DNA of 64,000 bases. It comes from Antedon mediterranea (lineage: Eukaryota; Animalia; Echinodermata). Shown in pieces: positions 36,801-50,599 of this stretch (its first letter is position 1; each line of letters opens with the position of its first letter). Under the pieces are notes generated by a model. That model made no database searches. It worked only from the letters and a program-made list of their open reading frames with translations, and was not told the origin of the DNA. The stretch is taken from positions 33,787,648 through 33,851,647 of the forward strand of contig NC_092673.1 of assembly GCF_964355755.1 (NCBI RefSeq), given 5' to 3'. The translations under genes were made by a program, and so were the position numbers.

Positions 36801-39800
36801 TGAAAGATTGTTTCCTATTAGATCAAACCTGCCAGGTTTTAATACCATATTGTTTTTATCACATTCATTCAATAAATCTTTTATAATACTACCAGAGAGA
36901 TGGCAATTACTCATACCGAGAAGTTGTAGTTGTGGAGAAAATTTTAATAAACAAGACAATTTTGATCCTTCAATTGAAGCTAGGTTAATACCACTTAAAA
37001 TCAACAATCTCCATGTCAATATCCTACAATGTTCATTACAGGCATCTACAAGACTTTTGAGGTGATCAACTGACAGGCTATAATTACACCATACAAAAGT
37101 GTTTTGATTCATATAAATTAGTTCCACCAACCTAAAAAGTGAAACACCATCAATATCTGAAAGATTGTTTCCCTTCAGATCAAGCATGCCAGGTTTTAAT
37201 TCAACATTGTTTTTATCACATTCATTCAATAAATCTTTTATAATACTACCAGAGAGATAGCAATTACTCATACCGAGAAGTTGTAGTTGTGGAGAAATTT
37301 TTAATAAACAAGCTAATTTTGATCCTTCAATTGAAGCTAGGTTAATCCCACTTAAATTCAACCTTCTCCATGTCAATATCCTATTATGTTCATTACACAT
37401 GTCTACAAGACTTTTCAGTTTATCAACTGACAGGCAATAAGACCAATTAACAATGTAATCATCCAAACAATTTAGAAACACTAAACGAAAAACTGTATCT
37501 CCATCAGTATCTGAAAGATTGTTTCCCTTTAGAACAAGCATGCCAGGTTTCAACACTACATTGTTGTTATCACATTCATTCAATAAATCTTTTATTATAC
37601 TACCAGAGAGATGGCAATTACTCATACCGAGAAGTTGTAGTTTTGGAGAAATTTTAAATAAACAACGTAATTTTGATCCTTCAATTGAAGACATATTAAT
37701 CCCACTTAAATACAACCATTTCCATGTCAATATCCTATCATGTGCACAACATATATCTATAAGACCTATTAGGTTATCAACTGATAGGTTATAATCAGTC
37801 AATGTGAAATAAGCCTTGTCATTATCAGCTAGATTCACCAACTTAGAAAGTGTAACACCATCAATATCTGAAAGATTGTTTCCATTTAGACCAAGCATGC
37901 CAGGTTTCAACACAACATTGTTTTTATCACATTCATTCAATAAATCTTTTATAATAGTACCTGAGAGATGGCAATTACTCATATCAAGATGTTCTAGTTG
38001 TGGAGAGAATTTCAATAAACAAGCTAATTTTGATCCTTCAATTGAAGATAAGTCAAGCCCACTTAAATTCATTTTTTTCAATGTCAATAGCATACCATGT
38101 TGATCCCATGTATCTAAAAGACGTTTGATGTTATCAACTGACAGACTATAACCACACCACCATTCAGGGTAATAGCAATCAATACAAGTAAAATTTACCA
38201 ACCTAAGAAGTGTAACCCCATCAACATCCGAAAGATTGTTTCCCTTGAGGTCAAACATGCCAGGTTCCAATACCACATTGTTTTTATCACATTTATTCAA
38301 TAAATCTTTTATAATACTACCGGAGAGATGACAATTACTCATGTTAAGAAATTGTAGTTGTGGAGAGAATTTCAATAAACAAGCCAATTTTGATCCTTCC
38401 ATTGAAGCTAAGTTAATCCCACTTAAACTAATTTTTTCCCATGTCATTATCCTACTATGTTTACAACACTCATAAAGACTTCTTAGATTATCAACTGACA
38501 GGTTATAATCACACCATTCAAAAGTGTTATTATCCATATAAGCTAGATTTATCAACTTAAAAAGTGTAACCCCATCAATATCTGAAAGATTGTTTCCCTT
38601 TAGATCAAGCATGCCAGGTTTCAATACCACATTGTTTTTATTGCATTCGTTCAATAAATCGTTTATAATACTACCAGAGATATGACAATTCGTCATATCA
38701 AGATGTTGTAGTTGTGGAGAAAATTTTAATAACAAACCTAATTTTGATACTTCAATTGAATTGAGGTTAAGTTCACTTAAACGCAATATTTTCAATGTCA
38801 ACATCTTATCATCATCTAAATAATCATTTAAATGATTAAGATAAAGATTAAAATTTAAACTGCGAAGTTTAAAATTCAGTATGTTCAGGTTTGGTGAATA
38901 TTTTAATAAATGAATTAGGAATTTAGGACTCACTGACTTGTCAACTGTTAAATATGTGAACTCAGTGTATTGAAGTTGAAATGTGTCCATTAAAGTTGAT
39001 AGGATATCAATCTCACTGACTTCCAGGAAGGAATGCAAGGTAAATTCATACAAGGTACTACCACAAGAATGTGTGATTATAAAAAAATGAACTAACATAG
39101 CACATAAATTGGTTGGTTTAGTGGCTGATTGCTTAATATGTGAAAGCCAATCTTCAACAATATCAAAAAAACCATAATAAGATAAAATGCAAACGCTCAT
39201 AGCATTTATCAAAAATCCTACATTCTTTGTTCTTTCATCAAACATAAATCCATATCTCCTACTATATAGCAAGACAATATCACTATATGACTGGGTCATT
39301 TCTGCCAATGTTTCTTTAAGTACTTCATCACTTGATATTTTTTCTTCTAATTCTTCTATTACAGAATGTTTATGTTCTTCCTTTACATAATTGAAATACT
39401 TTGCTAGTGAATACAAGTTGGAAGCTTTCACTTTCAGCCAATGTTTCATAAATCTACCAGCACCAGCACCTAGGAATCCTATAGTGAATACGATTGTCAT
39501 ATGTAGATATTTATTAGATATTATCATGTCACACTCCTCTTCCGTCATATCACCCAACTTACACTTCTCAGCAAGGTAAAACCCAGCTAATGCCTCTGAA
39601 ACTAGCTTGTGTGGTGGCGAAAACATCTCATTTTTATCACTTTTATCAACAGATGGATTTTTGTAAACAAATCCAATTTTGAGTGCCAACTCCACTATTG
39701 ATTTATCAAACATATTTGTAAACTCATACTTGTCAATTATCAATTTATTTGTTTTTAGTCCTTCATAGATCCATTGACCTAATGCTAGTATTGCAGTTTT

Positions 39801-42800
39801 ATATTCAACTGGAATTTTCTCAAATCTGGCAATTTCAGATTTGTTTTCATTACTATTTACCTTTGATAAATATTGATTTAAAGTACAACAAATTATTTCT
39901 TTGAAAAGATCTGATAAGTCATCCGGAAGGTTTTTGGATTTTTCCCATATTTTGCATATCATAAGTAATAACAAAGGAGATGAACACAATTCAGATACTG
40001 AATGCTCTTCTCTGTCTTGATCATGAAATAATTTCCTAAACAGCCTTTCCCCTAAATCCTTATTATTTGCAAAATATCTATCAATGTAGTTCTTTATACT
40101 TGTTTCACTGAATCCATTTACCTCCACATGCATATCACATTTGTTAATATATTTTGCAGTGTTTTCAGGTCGTGATGTTATTATTGTGGTATTTTTAAAA
40201 TCACTATTTGTAAACAGGACTAAAGGATCACCAGCACCTTGGTTTAACTCATCTAATCCATCTAATAGTAAGATTATTTCATCACCATGGTTAATTATGA
40301 ATTTTTTAATTAATTGTACAGATTCTTCATCATTTTTTGTACCCATACAAATAGTAAATGTTTCAAGATAGTCTATATTAATAATAATAGCATCTAAGAT
40401 TTTCTTTCCAGCCTGTAAGTCTCTGATATTTACTAGAAACACTATTTTATCAGAAAATGTTTTATCTTTACCTGTAGCCCAGTTATAAGTAATGTATCTA
40501 AGAAGGGTTGTCTTTCCCATCCCCCCTTTACCTGTAAATATGATTTTATGAGTATTTTTAGCTTTTATCATCTCCAATATCTCTCCCAATGTTTTAGGTA
40601 TTTTTTCTTTCTGGTCATGTTGGCTTCTGCTCTGTTTTGCAGCTTTTTCTTTATTTTCTTTCTTACTTGATTGAACTAACTTGAGGTCAGTGAATAACTC
40701 TTCTATATCGAGGTCCTCAAGAACTACTGTTTCCAATTTGTTAAAATCTTTATATAATTCTTGTTGCTTTTCTTTCAGATATTCTTTAACTGCTTTAAAA
40801 AGAAAAATACATACAGTTGTTTTTCTTACTAAAAGGTGATAAAATATGGTTTTAATAACAACTTTTGAAGAAATGTGACCATGGATCTCTGTTCCCAGTG
40901 CAATTTAATTCAGCCTTAAACCCAAATCACTAAATTTGCTAATCCCTCATAAAATCACTGGGAATGGGCCTTGAATCGTTCATTATAACATGGATATTTT
41001 TTTGTTGTCAACAAAATGAAATGAAATTTATCAAAGCAGTTGGTGTTGAAATAATTTGAAGAAATGGCATAAGTAATTTTTATTCAAACAAATTGTTTTT
41101 CATCTATTTTATAAAAGTTATTGCGCACTACAAAATAGCAAATTCATTTCTGCGAACACAATTCAGCCCTTCACGATAATGGTGGATTCCATATGAATGT
41201 TCGCGCAATTTTTAGTGTTATAAAAATCCTAATTTTGACAGGAATTTTTTTTTAACCAATCAAAACAAAAATTGTCCAGAATCTATGAATATTCATCTTT
41301 AGTGTAGTGGGAGGCAATCTTTTGTACGTACCCTGAGTAATGATAATGATGAATTTAAAGCATGGCATAACTCAAAATATGCTACGCTTATATAACATTG
41401 CATGTTTTTTTAGCAAAGAAATGTATTCTGATTCAGAAATTATTAAAAAGAAATAAACAAAACAAACAAAAAAATGAAAATTTGTTTTTATTTTAAAATG
41501 TTTTTATTTTTGTAAAAATAATTTGTATTTTGTAACAGAGGCTTGTAACAACAAATGTGTTCTTTTACAAGGCAGTATGAAAGAAAAAACAATGCAATCA
41601 CAGAATTCATGGTAAAACAATATATTCCCTTATTATATCTCAAAATGTCATACTCTGTACCTCAAATAGTATTATATTAAAAATCAGACCACAGCAATCC
41701 ATATGAAAAACTTTGAAATAAAATTCTTCATTATCAACGTGCCATTGGATGGATGCAATACTACAATATAGGTGGTATGGTTGTTTTGATTAATTATTAC
41801 CATTGATTTAGGCAAAGTGCAAATTTCTGGTTAAATTGAGCCGACATCAGAATGGATTTTAGAAACTGAGACTTAGAATTGATTTGTTTGTGGACTCATT
41901 TCTAAAGACCAAAACCCCAGAAAGTCCATACTAAAATATCATCACATGAAAGGATCCAATCAGACTTTGGCAATTTATACGAAAAACATTTAAACAAAAT
42001 TCTTTGGTCCAATTTGTGCTTGTTTGATTTACCTTCAACTTCTACACCTGAAGTAAGAAGATTATTAGTAAAGTATGATTCACTGTAAATTCTTCAATCT
42101 TCCCTGATAAAACAACAGATTTATTTTTTTTTTACTAATGTATAAATGTCACCAATAAAATATGTGTTAATGGTTAAAAATGGTTAATAATTGCTGTAGA
42201 TGATGATAAATACTCAAGTTATAAACATGAAGGCTAGTTGGTATAGACTTTTAATTTGGTTTTTAAAATATTAATTAATTGATAATTTGTTTATATGATT
42301 AAACATTTTGAAAAATGGAACGATTCAGGGAGTGGACAGGACAGTGGGATACGATATCAATCTCAAGTGGGTGAGTTGAGTATAGATAATCTCACATTAT
42401 TACCCTCTCAAATTTAACAAAATTTCTTATAAAATTATGACTTCACTCTTTGTTTTGCAGACGCTTGTGTTTTGCCAGATCATAACAACATCATAATAAT
42501 ATATTGCATGAATGCATATAACATAATAAACATCATATTTTTTAGCTTATTAAAAATAATATTATACAACTTACCCTCATTCATAAACCTGATCTGTTTC
42601 GTTTTTTCAGATGCTTTAACAGCAATTGGAATCTTTGACTTATTTTCTATCCCACAAAAAATATCACTAGCATTTTTGTCAAGAAGTTTTGCAAACTTTT
42701 CTATTGACTGCTCTTCATCCTCTAGATGTTTATTCTGCTCCAGAAAGAACACAAAATCCCAAATAGTGGCAAAAGTATAATGACTTAGGCTGTAATGAGC

Positions 42801-44624
42801 AAGCATGGTTGATACATTTGTTGTATTTTGTCGTAATGCTTTATAAAGTCTTTTGCGATATTCTGTGATTGGTTTTCCCTTTGTAAAGTAGTAATCTTCA
42901 TTGTTGTTTGGATGCCTCAGTTTAAACTGTTCTATTAAATCTATCGCTTCCTTCTTCTCAGTAACTTTAGTGATGTCTAACAGAATTTCTACATCAGTAG
43001 GATTATAACGAATATAACCTTTGCTTTCAAGTTCATTAAACCATTCCAGTGCTGGTACATCTTCTTTACTTAATACCATTCCAGAGCAGTGGTCATTGAG
43101 CAGAAGTCTTAGCCACAAACAGTTCTCACCTTCATATCTATCACTTAAACTTGCAAGGAATTCTGTAAATTCTTCTTTTGTTGCCATTTTCTAGTATAAC
43201 ATATATAAATAAATTTAAATACCTACAATTTAGTAATAATTATGTGACCAACATGCTTCACTTTTGTCAATCAGTGATATATTATATAAATATAAAATCA
43301 TTTTATAATTTTGTGTATATTCAATCTGCAGTACTGTTTCGGTCTTATTAGATCTTGTCACGTCAGAGCAGCTCAGGTTTCAAAATAATGCCACTACCCA
43401 TAATATCAAACTTTGTATTATATTGTTGTATAGTATCTGTTACAATATATATTGATATATTTATTTACATTTTGTCATCCTCCTATAAGGTAAATGTTGG
43501 AATGAACTTCCACTTTTATAAAATAGAAATTTTGTTGATTAAGAAAATGAAATATATGTTATTTGATAGTATCTTTTAAATCAGTTAACATAAACTATTA
43601 ATTACTGATTATTAAATAATTGTTTTAGTCCTACTTACAAGTTCATTATACATTTACCATTTATTTATTTATTTTGTTTACAATAAATAAGAATCATACC
43701 TTTGTGTTGACAGGGATAAGTGTTGATGTACTTGTAGAAGGTTGGTCTAAAAAGATAAAAATTTAAACTTTAAATGTTTACAAGAACTAATTGATCAGAG
43801 ACTGTTCCAGTTTAAATGTACTTCCTTGTAAACATAAATGTTATAAAAGCTTGAAGTTGTCTACCATATTAGTTCAATAATAATTGGCAATCATATTAGA
43901 TTAGAATAATTATAAAATTAAAATAAACATCATACCGTATATTTTAGTTTGTTAAAATTAATTATTATAAAATTAAAATAAACATCATATTGTGTATAAA
44001 CTTACCCTCATTCATAAACCTGATCTGTTTGTTTTTTTCAGATGCTTTAACAGCAACTGGAATCTTTGACTTTGACTTATTTTCTATCCCCCAAAAAATA
44101 CCACAGGCATTTTTGTCAAGAAGCTTTGCAAACTTTTCCATTGACTGCTTTTCATTCTCCAGACGTTTATCCCTCTCCAGTTTGAATAAAAAATCCCAAA
44201 TTGTGGCAAAAGTGTAATGACCTAGGCTGTAACAAGCAAGCATGGTTGATACTTTTGTTGTATTTTGTCGTAATGCTTTATAAAGTCTTTTGCGATATTC
44301 TGTTATTGGTTTTCCCTTTGTAAAGTAGTAATCTTCATTGTTGTTTGGATGCCTCAGTTTAAACTGTTCTATTAAATCTATCGCTTCCTTTATTTCAGTA
44401 ACTTTAGCAATGTCTAACAGAATTTCTACATCAATAGGGTTATAACGAATATAACCTCTGCTTACAAGTTCGTTAAACCATTGAAGTGCTGGGACATCAT
44501 CTCTACTCAATACCTGTCCAGAGCAGTGGTCATTGAGCAGAAGTCTTAGCCACAAACGGTTCTCACCTTCATATATATCACTTAAACTTGCAAGGAATTC
44601 TGCAAATTCTTCTTTTGTTGCCAT
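33864..44624 (-). CDS. NLR immune receptor: (tandem DED) x2 - NACHT - LRR, ~2741 aa
   Basis: In-frame model 44006-44624, 43700-43746, 42575-43190, (42033-42047), 33864-40792; sum 8226 nt. NACHT: Walker A GKGGMGKTT, Walker B ILLLLDGLDEL, IITSRP, ELCSSPLLL, winged-helix FSPPHKLVSEALAG. LRRs LxLSGINL, LxMSNCxL, LDLxGNNL. N-terminal exons resemble DEDs. A further upstream exon candidate is 45892-45921. Confidence 0.88.
33900..38800 (-). repeat. Coding LRR super-repeat, ~14 units of 354-363 nt
   Basis: TCAATATCTGAAAGATTGTTTCC-like motif recurs every 357 or 363 nt; central units (~34500-37400) nearly identical. Confidence 0.97.
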
Positions 44625-44632
44625 TTTCTAGT
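42490..44632 (-). repeat. Duplicated ~620 nt tandem-DED exon with flanking splice sites
   Basis: 42575-43190 and 44006-44627 both begin ctag|AAAATGGCAACAAAAGAAGAATTT and end ATGAATGAGG|gtaagt; the proteins are highly similar. Confidence 0.95.
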
Positions 44633-45720
44633 TTAAATACATTAAAATAACTACAATTACGTTATCATTACTTGGAGCAATTCAATCAGTAATATATATT
44701 ATTGGAATTTAAATATTTGATAAAGTTGAAAATAATAAGGACCACTTCCAACCATACAGTACTATATTGTATTTTACCATGTTGTATTTACATTACTATA
44801 TATTTGATACATGAATCAATACAAAAATATGTATCAATTTATAGTTATAGCATTTAAGGAAATTATTATAGATAACCAAATGGTGGTTAATTCGTATTAT
44901 ACATTTTTGGTATTTTAGTAATAAGAGAGTGAAATATATGTACAGTATGATGTGGCATTTTACTCTTAAATATCGTATGATTATCAACAAAATTAATTTC
45001 TCAGCCATGAATCTTGAATACAAACTTTTGTGTTGCTATCAGTCAACCTATAATAGTAAACGTTTGATAGTACAGTATTAAGAAACTCGTCAAGCATGAT
45101 ATAACAAAATAAGTATGAGGTGCCAAATATGTAAAAACAAATTGTAGTATGGCACTACAAAAAAATAAGTATGAAGTGGTAAATATTATTTTAAAAAAAA
45201 AGTATAATGGCAAATGGCACTACAATAAAATAATTAAACAGCTATTTCATTTTTCAATGTTTTCATTTCATTGTCTGATATGTAAACATGTTTGAAGCGA
45301 TTGCAGTTAAATTGTATACAAATAAGGAATGTTTATGAGTTAAAAATTAAATGGGGAGAATATCTTTTTTTCTACTTTAATGATGCTGAGCAGATATTAT
45401 TCAATACTCTTATCTGAGCTATTACAAGTATATTTCAATTACTATTCTTTGAAGTTGAATTATACAATAAAACTATCAATATGATATTCTTTAAAAAGGA
45501 AAACATATTTGTTAAATGAAATAACTGATTTCCATTTAAAATTGTATTATTTTGAGGGCCTATAGCAAGTAAATCGGCTTCCCGTGTCTCTTATACGTAT
45601 TACCTATTGTCAGCATACCATATTTATAGCATTTATTATATTTTAAAACGTGTATAGATATATGTAACTAATAAATACATAATGGCATTTTGTACTGGAA
45701 ATAAAACATTAATTATTTAT

Positions 45721-45860
45721 CAGTCTAAACACCGACTTGCTTCTATTCCCTAAATAATTAAAAGTACAACTAAACCAAACATTTATTATTTACCAGCCTA
45801 AACACAGACTTCCTTCTATTCCCTAAATAATTAAAAGTACAACTACAGCAAATATTTATT
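45721..45860. repeat. Two-copy ~73 bp direct repeat
   Basis: CTTCTATTCCCTAAATAATTAAAAGTACAACTA occurs twice. Confidence 0.85.
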
Positions 45861-46176
45861 TAATATGGTTAAAATAGACTTTACAACTTACCCTGTTTTT
45901 GTATTGGTTGACACTGAAGTTCTGAAAATAAAAAGATGGAATTCATATTATACAGAGGTTCTTTCTATTATAGCCTTTAATTAAATAAGACAAAATATAT
46001 TTTATAATAATAATCGTTATTTACCATTATTATTACGGTTGAGATATAATTAACTATTATTTTTATTTTATAACTGTTTGGCATTTTGGCATTTCTTTAA
46101 GTGTTTGATAAATTAAAATATCAATCAACACAAGGCACTCTTTCAGAATCATGCTTATAGAAAAAAACAATTAACA

Positions 46177-49100
46177 ATAATAACATGTTGGAGACCAATA
46201 TTATAATTATACTGTGGTAGGTTGGAATGTTATAAACTGATAGGTTGGTGTGCTGACATACAAACACTAATAACATGTTGGAGATCAATATTAATCATTA
46301 TACTGTGTTAGGTTGGAATGTTGTAAACTGATAGGTTGGTGTGCTGACATACAGACACTAATAACATGTTGGAGATCAATATTAATCATTATACTGTGTT
46401 AGGTTGGAATGTTGTAAACTGATGGGTTGGTGTGCTGACATACAAACACTAATAACATGTTGGAGATCAATATTAATCATTATACTGTGGTAGGTTGGAA
46501 TGTTATAAACTGATAGGTTGGTGTACTGACATACAAAAACTAATAACATGTTGGAGATCAATATTAATCATTATACTGTGTTAGGTTGGAATGTTGTAAA
46601 CTGATGGGTTGGTGTGCTGACATACAAAAACTAATAACATGTTGGAGATCAATATTAATCATTATACTGTGGTAGGTTGGAATGTTGTAAACTGATAGGT
46701 TGGTGTGCTGACATACAAACACTAATAACATGCTGGAGATCAATATTAATCATTATACTGTGGTAGATTGGAATGTTATAAACTGATGGGTTGGTGTGCT
46801 GACATACAAACACTAATAACATGTTGGAGATCAATATTAATCATTATACTGTGTTAGGTTGGAATGTTGGAAACTAATGGGTTGGTGTACTGACATACAA
46901 ACACTAATAACATGTTGGAGACCAATATTAATCATTATACTGTGGTAGGTTGGAATGTTGTAAACTGATGGGTTGGTGTGCTGACATACAAACACTAATA
47001 ACATGTTGGAGATCAATATTAATCATTATACTGTGGTAGGTTGGAATGTTATAAACTGATAGGTTGGTGTGCTGACATACAAACACTAATAACATGTTGG
47101 AGATCAATATTAATCATTATACTGTGTTAGGTTGGAATGTTGGAATGTTGTAAACTGATGGGTTGGTGTACTGACATACAAACACTAATAACATGTTGGA
47201 GATCAATATTAATCATTATACTGTGTTAGGTTGGAATGTTGTAAACTGATGGGTTGGTGTGCTGACATACAAACACTAATAACATGTTGGAGACCAATAT
47301 TAATCATTATACTGTGTTAGGTTGGAATGTTATAAACTGATGGGTTGGTGTGCTGACATACAAACACTAATAACATGTTGGAGATCAATATTAATCATTA
47401 TACTGTGGTAGGTTGGAATGTTATAAACTGATAGGTTGGTGTGCTGACATACAAACACTAATAACATGTTGGAGATCAATATTAATCATTATACTGTGGT
47501 AGGTTGGAATGTTGTAAACTGATGGGTTGGTGTGCTGACATACAAACACTAATAACATGTTGGAGATCAATATTAATCATTATACTGTGTTAGGTTGGAA
47601 TGTTGTAAACTGATGGGTTGGTGTACTGACATACAAACACTAATAACATGTTGGAGATCAATATTAATCATTATACTGTGTTAGGTTGGAATGTTGTAAA
47701 CTGATGGGTTGGTGTGCTGACATACAAACACTAATAACATGTTGGAGACCAATATTAATCATTATACTGTGTTAGGTTGGAATGTTATAAACTGATGGGT
47801 TGGTGTGCTGACATACAAACACTAATAACATGTTGGAGATCAATATTAATGATTATACTGTGTTAGGTTGGAATGTTGGAATGTTGTAAACTGATGGGTT
47901 GGTGTACTGACATACAAACACTAATAACATGTTGGAGATCAATATTAATCATTATACTGTGTTAGGTTGGAATGTTGTAAACTGATGGGTTGGTGTACTG
48001 ACATACAAACACTAATAACATGTTGGAGATCAATATTAATCATTATACTGTGGTAGGTTGGAATGTTGTAAACTGATGGGTTGGTGTGCTGACATACAAA
48101 CACTAATAACATGTTGGAGATCAATATTAATCATTATACTGTGGTAGGTTGGAATGTTATAAACTGATAGGTTGGTGTACTGACATACAAAAACTAATAA
48201 CATGTTGGAGATCAATATTAATCATTATACTGTGTTAGGTTGGAATGTTGTAAACTGATGGGTTGGTGTGCTGACATACAAACACTAATAACATGTTGGA
48301 GATCAATATTAATCATTATACTGTGGTAGATTGGAATGTTATAAACTGATGGGTTGGTGTGCTGACATACAAACACTAATAACATGTTGGAGATCAATAT
48401 TAATCATTATACTGTGTTAGGTTGGAATGTTGGAATGTTGTAAACTGATGGGTTGGTGTACTGACATACAAACACTAATAACATGTTGGAGACCAATATT
48501 AATCATTATACTGTGTTAGGTTGGAATGTTGTAAACTGATGGGTTGGTGTGCTGACATACAAACACTAATAACATGTTGGAGATCAATATTAATCATTAT
48601 ACTGTGTTAGGTTGGAATGTTGTAAACTGATGGGTTGGTGTGCTGACATACAAACACTAATAACATGTTGGAGATCAATATTAATCATTATACTGTGGTA
48701 GGTTGGAATGTTGTAAACTGATGGGTTGGTGTGCTGACATACAAACACTAATAACATGTTGGAGATCAATATTAATCATTATACTGTGGTAGATTGGAAT
48801 GTTATAAACTGATGGGTTGGTGTGCTGACATACAAACACTAATAACATGTTGGAGATCAATATTAATCATTATACTGTGTTAGGTTGGAATGTTGTAAAC
48901 TGATGGGTTGGTGTACTGACATACAAACACTAATAACATGTTGGAGACCAATATTAATCATTATACTGTGTTAGGTTGGAATGTTGTAAACTGATGGGTT
49001 GGTGTGCTGACATACAAACACTAATAACATGTTGGAGATCAATATTAATCATTATACTGTGTTAGGTTGGAATGTTGTAAACTGATGGGTTGGTGTGCTG

Positions 49101-49577
49101 ACATACAAACACTAATAACATGTTGGAGATTAATATTAATCATTATACTGTGGTAGGTTGGAATGTTGTAAACTGATGGGTTGGTGTGCTGACATACAAA
49201 CACTAATAACATGTTGGAGACCAATATTAATCATTATACTGTGTAAGGTTGGAATGTTGTAAACTGATGGGTTGGTGTGCTGACATACAAACACTAATAA
49301 CATGTTGGAGACCAATATTAATCATTATACTGTGGTAGGTTGGAATGTTGTAAACTGATAGGTTGGTGTGCTGACATACGAACACTAATAACATGTGGGA
49401 GATCAATATTAATCATTATACTGTGGTAGGTTGGAATGTTATAAACTGATAGGTTGGTGTGCTGACATACAAACACTAATAACATGTTGGAGATCAATAT
49501 TAATCATTATACTGTGGTAGGTTGGAATGTTGTAAACTGATGTGTTGGTGTGCTGACATACAAACACTAATAACATT
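46177..49577. repeat. 91 bp satellite, ~37 copies
   Basis: CTAATAACATGTTGGAGATCAATATTAATCATTATACTGTGTTAGGTTGGAATGTTGTAAACTGATGGGTTGGTGTGCTGACATACAAACA, highly homogeneous. Confidence 0.98.
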
Positions 49578-50565
49578 GGATCAGATTTGTCACCAGTTTT
49601 AAAAATAGGAGTTACTTTAGCTAGTTTAAGGGTGTCAGGAAAGGTGCCATTTACAAAACAAAGATTGAAAATGTAGCAGAGGGGTTCAGAAATAAAAGGG
49701 ATAAGTTGTTTAATAATAGACGGGTTAATATCATCAATGCCAGGTGCTTTACTATTTTTGAGGCGCATAACAATATCCATAATCTCATAAACAGTCACAG
49801 GATTGAGAAATAAAGAATTTGTGGATGGCGGAGGGAGGTAATCCTTAAAATTTGCATTAGATGTGTCTATATTTTTGGCGAGGGTAGGTCCAATATTAAC
49901 AACAAAATTATTAAAATGATTTGAAATTATGTTGGGATCCTCAGTTAAGTTTCCTTCGCAATTTTTTTGAATTGAAATATATATTTATACTGGGTAACCT
50001 CTTCAGTCAAAGACTGGTCTCCCAGAGGGCCCAGTTGGTGATCAGTGGCTGTGATGTACTAATACACCGGGGTAACCCCCTATTCGTCTCGAAAGATGTA
50101 CTAGGTTCTTTAAAGTGCACACGAGCTAGATGTGTACACTGGACCTACGGTTTATAGTCCTTATCCGAGAAGACTAGTTCTACCACCAGAACCATGGAGT
50201 GAGTGAGCCTCGAACCCCTGCCGATGTTATGGCTACGTAATTACGGTTCCACTGTCTTAACCACTCGGCCACTCACTCACTTAATTTATAGTGGACTCTT
50301 CAAAATGCTTACTTTCATTCGTTTTTATGAGACTATTTATAATTGTCCATGTTCCTTTGATATTATCTTTCTGCTGCTTAAACTTTTTTTCATAATAATC
50401 GCGTTTAGTTAATTTTATTAAAGAGTTAAGGGAGTTACGGAATTGCTTATATTCATTTATGTTTTTGTCATTCGGATAGCGGAGGGATTTGGAATACAGT
50501 TTTTGTTTATGCTTTATTGAATTTAAGAGTTCATCCGTCTTCCAGGTCTTAATTTTTTTTCCCTG
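49577..50565 (-). mobile_element. LINE (CR1/L2-group) ORF2 fragment, tether and pre-RT region
   Basis: KTWKTDELLNSIKHKQKLY..YKQFRN..KRDYY..TWTIIN; LKNSKAPGIDDI..PLCYIFNLCF.NGTFPDTLKLAKVTPIFKTGDKSDP; cut off by the satellite; interrupted by a SINE. Confidence 0.88.
49975..50279 (-). mobile_element. tRNA-derived SINE, apparently full length
   Basis: Minus strand A box TGGCCGAGTGG, B box GGTTCGAGGC, ~300 bp, AT-rich tail; related fragments at 11345-11460 and 61505-61550. Confidence 0.85.
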
Positions 50566-50599
50566 CAGACTGCTCAGAACGTGAAACACTTTTCTTCCT

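Noticed and set aside
33928-40371. Series of similar 60-95 aa plus-strand ORFs
   Set aside because: Antisense shadows of the NLR exon, recurring with the LRR period.
42033-42103. 71 nt NLR exon using the acceptor at 42103
   Set aside because: Contains an in-frame TAG after a phase-1 junction; excluded from the full-length model in favour of the 15 nt version.
42480-44624. ORFs 42480-43187 and 43965-44624 as two standalone genes
   Set aside because: Their similarity drops at a shared G|gtaagt donor, and the phases link them in frame to the NACHT exon.
46177-49577. 91 bp satellite derived from the LINE RT (HQPISL resembling YRPISL)
   Set aside because: Only a four-residue match in a different frame; the rest of the unit does not resemble RT.
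50195-50279. tRNA gene
   Set aside because: A and B boxes are present but no convincing cloverleaf, and it continues into a repeated body and tail; it is a SINE head.
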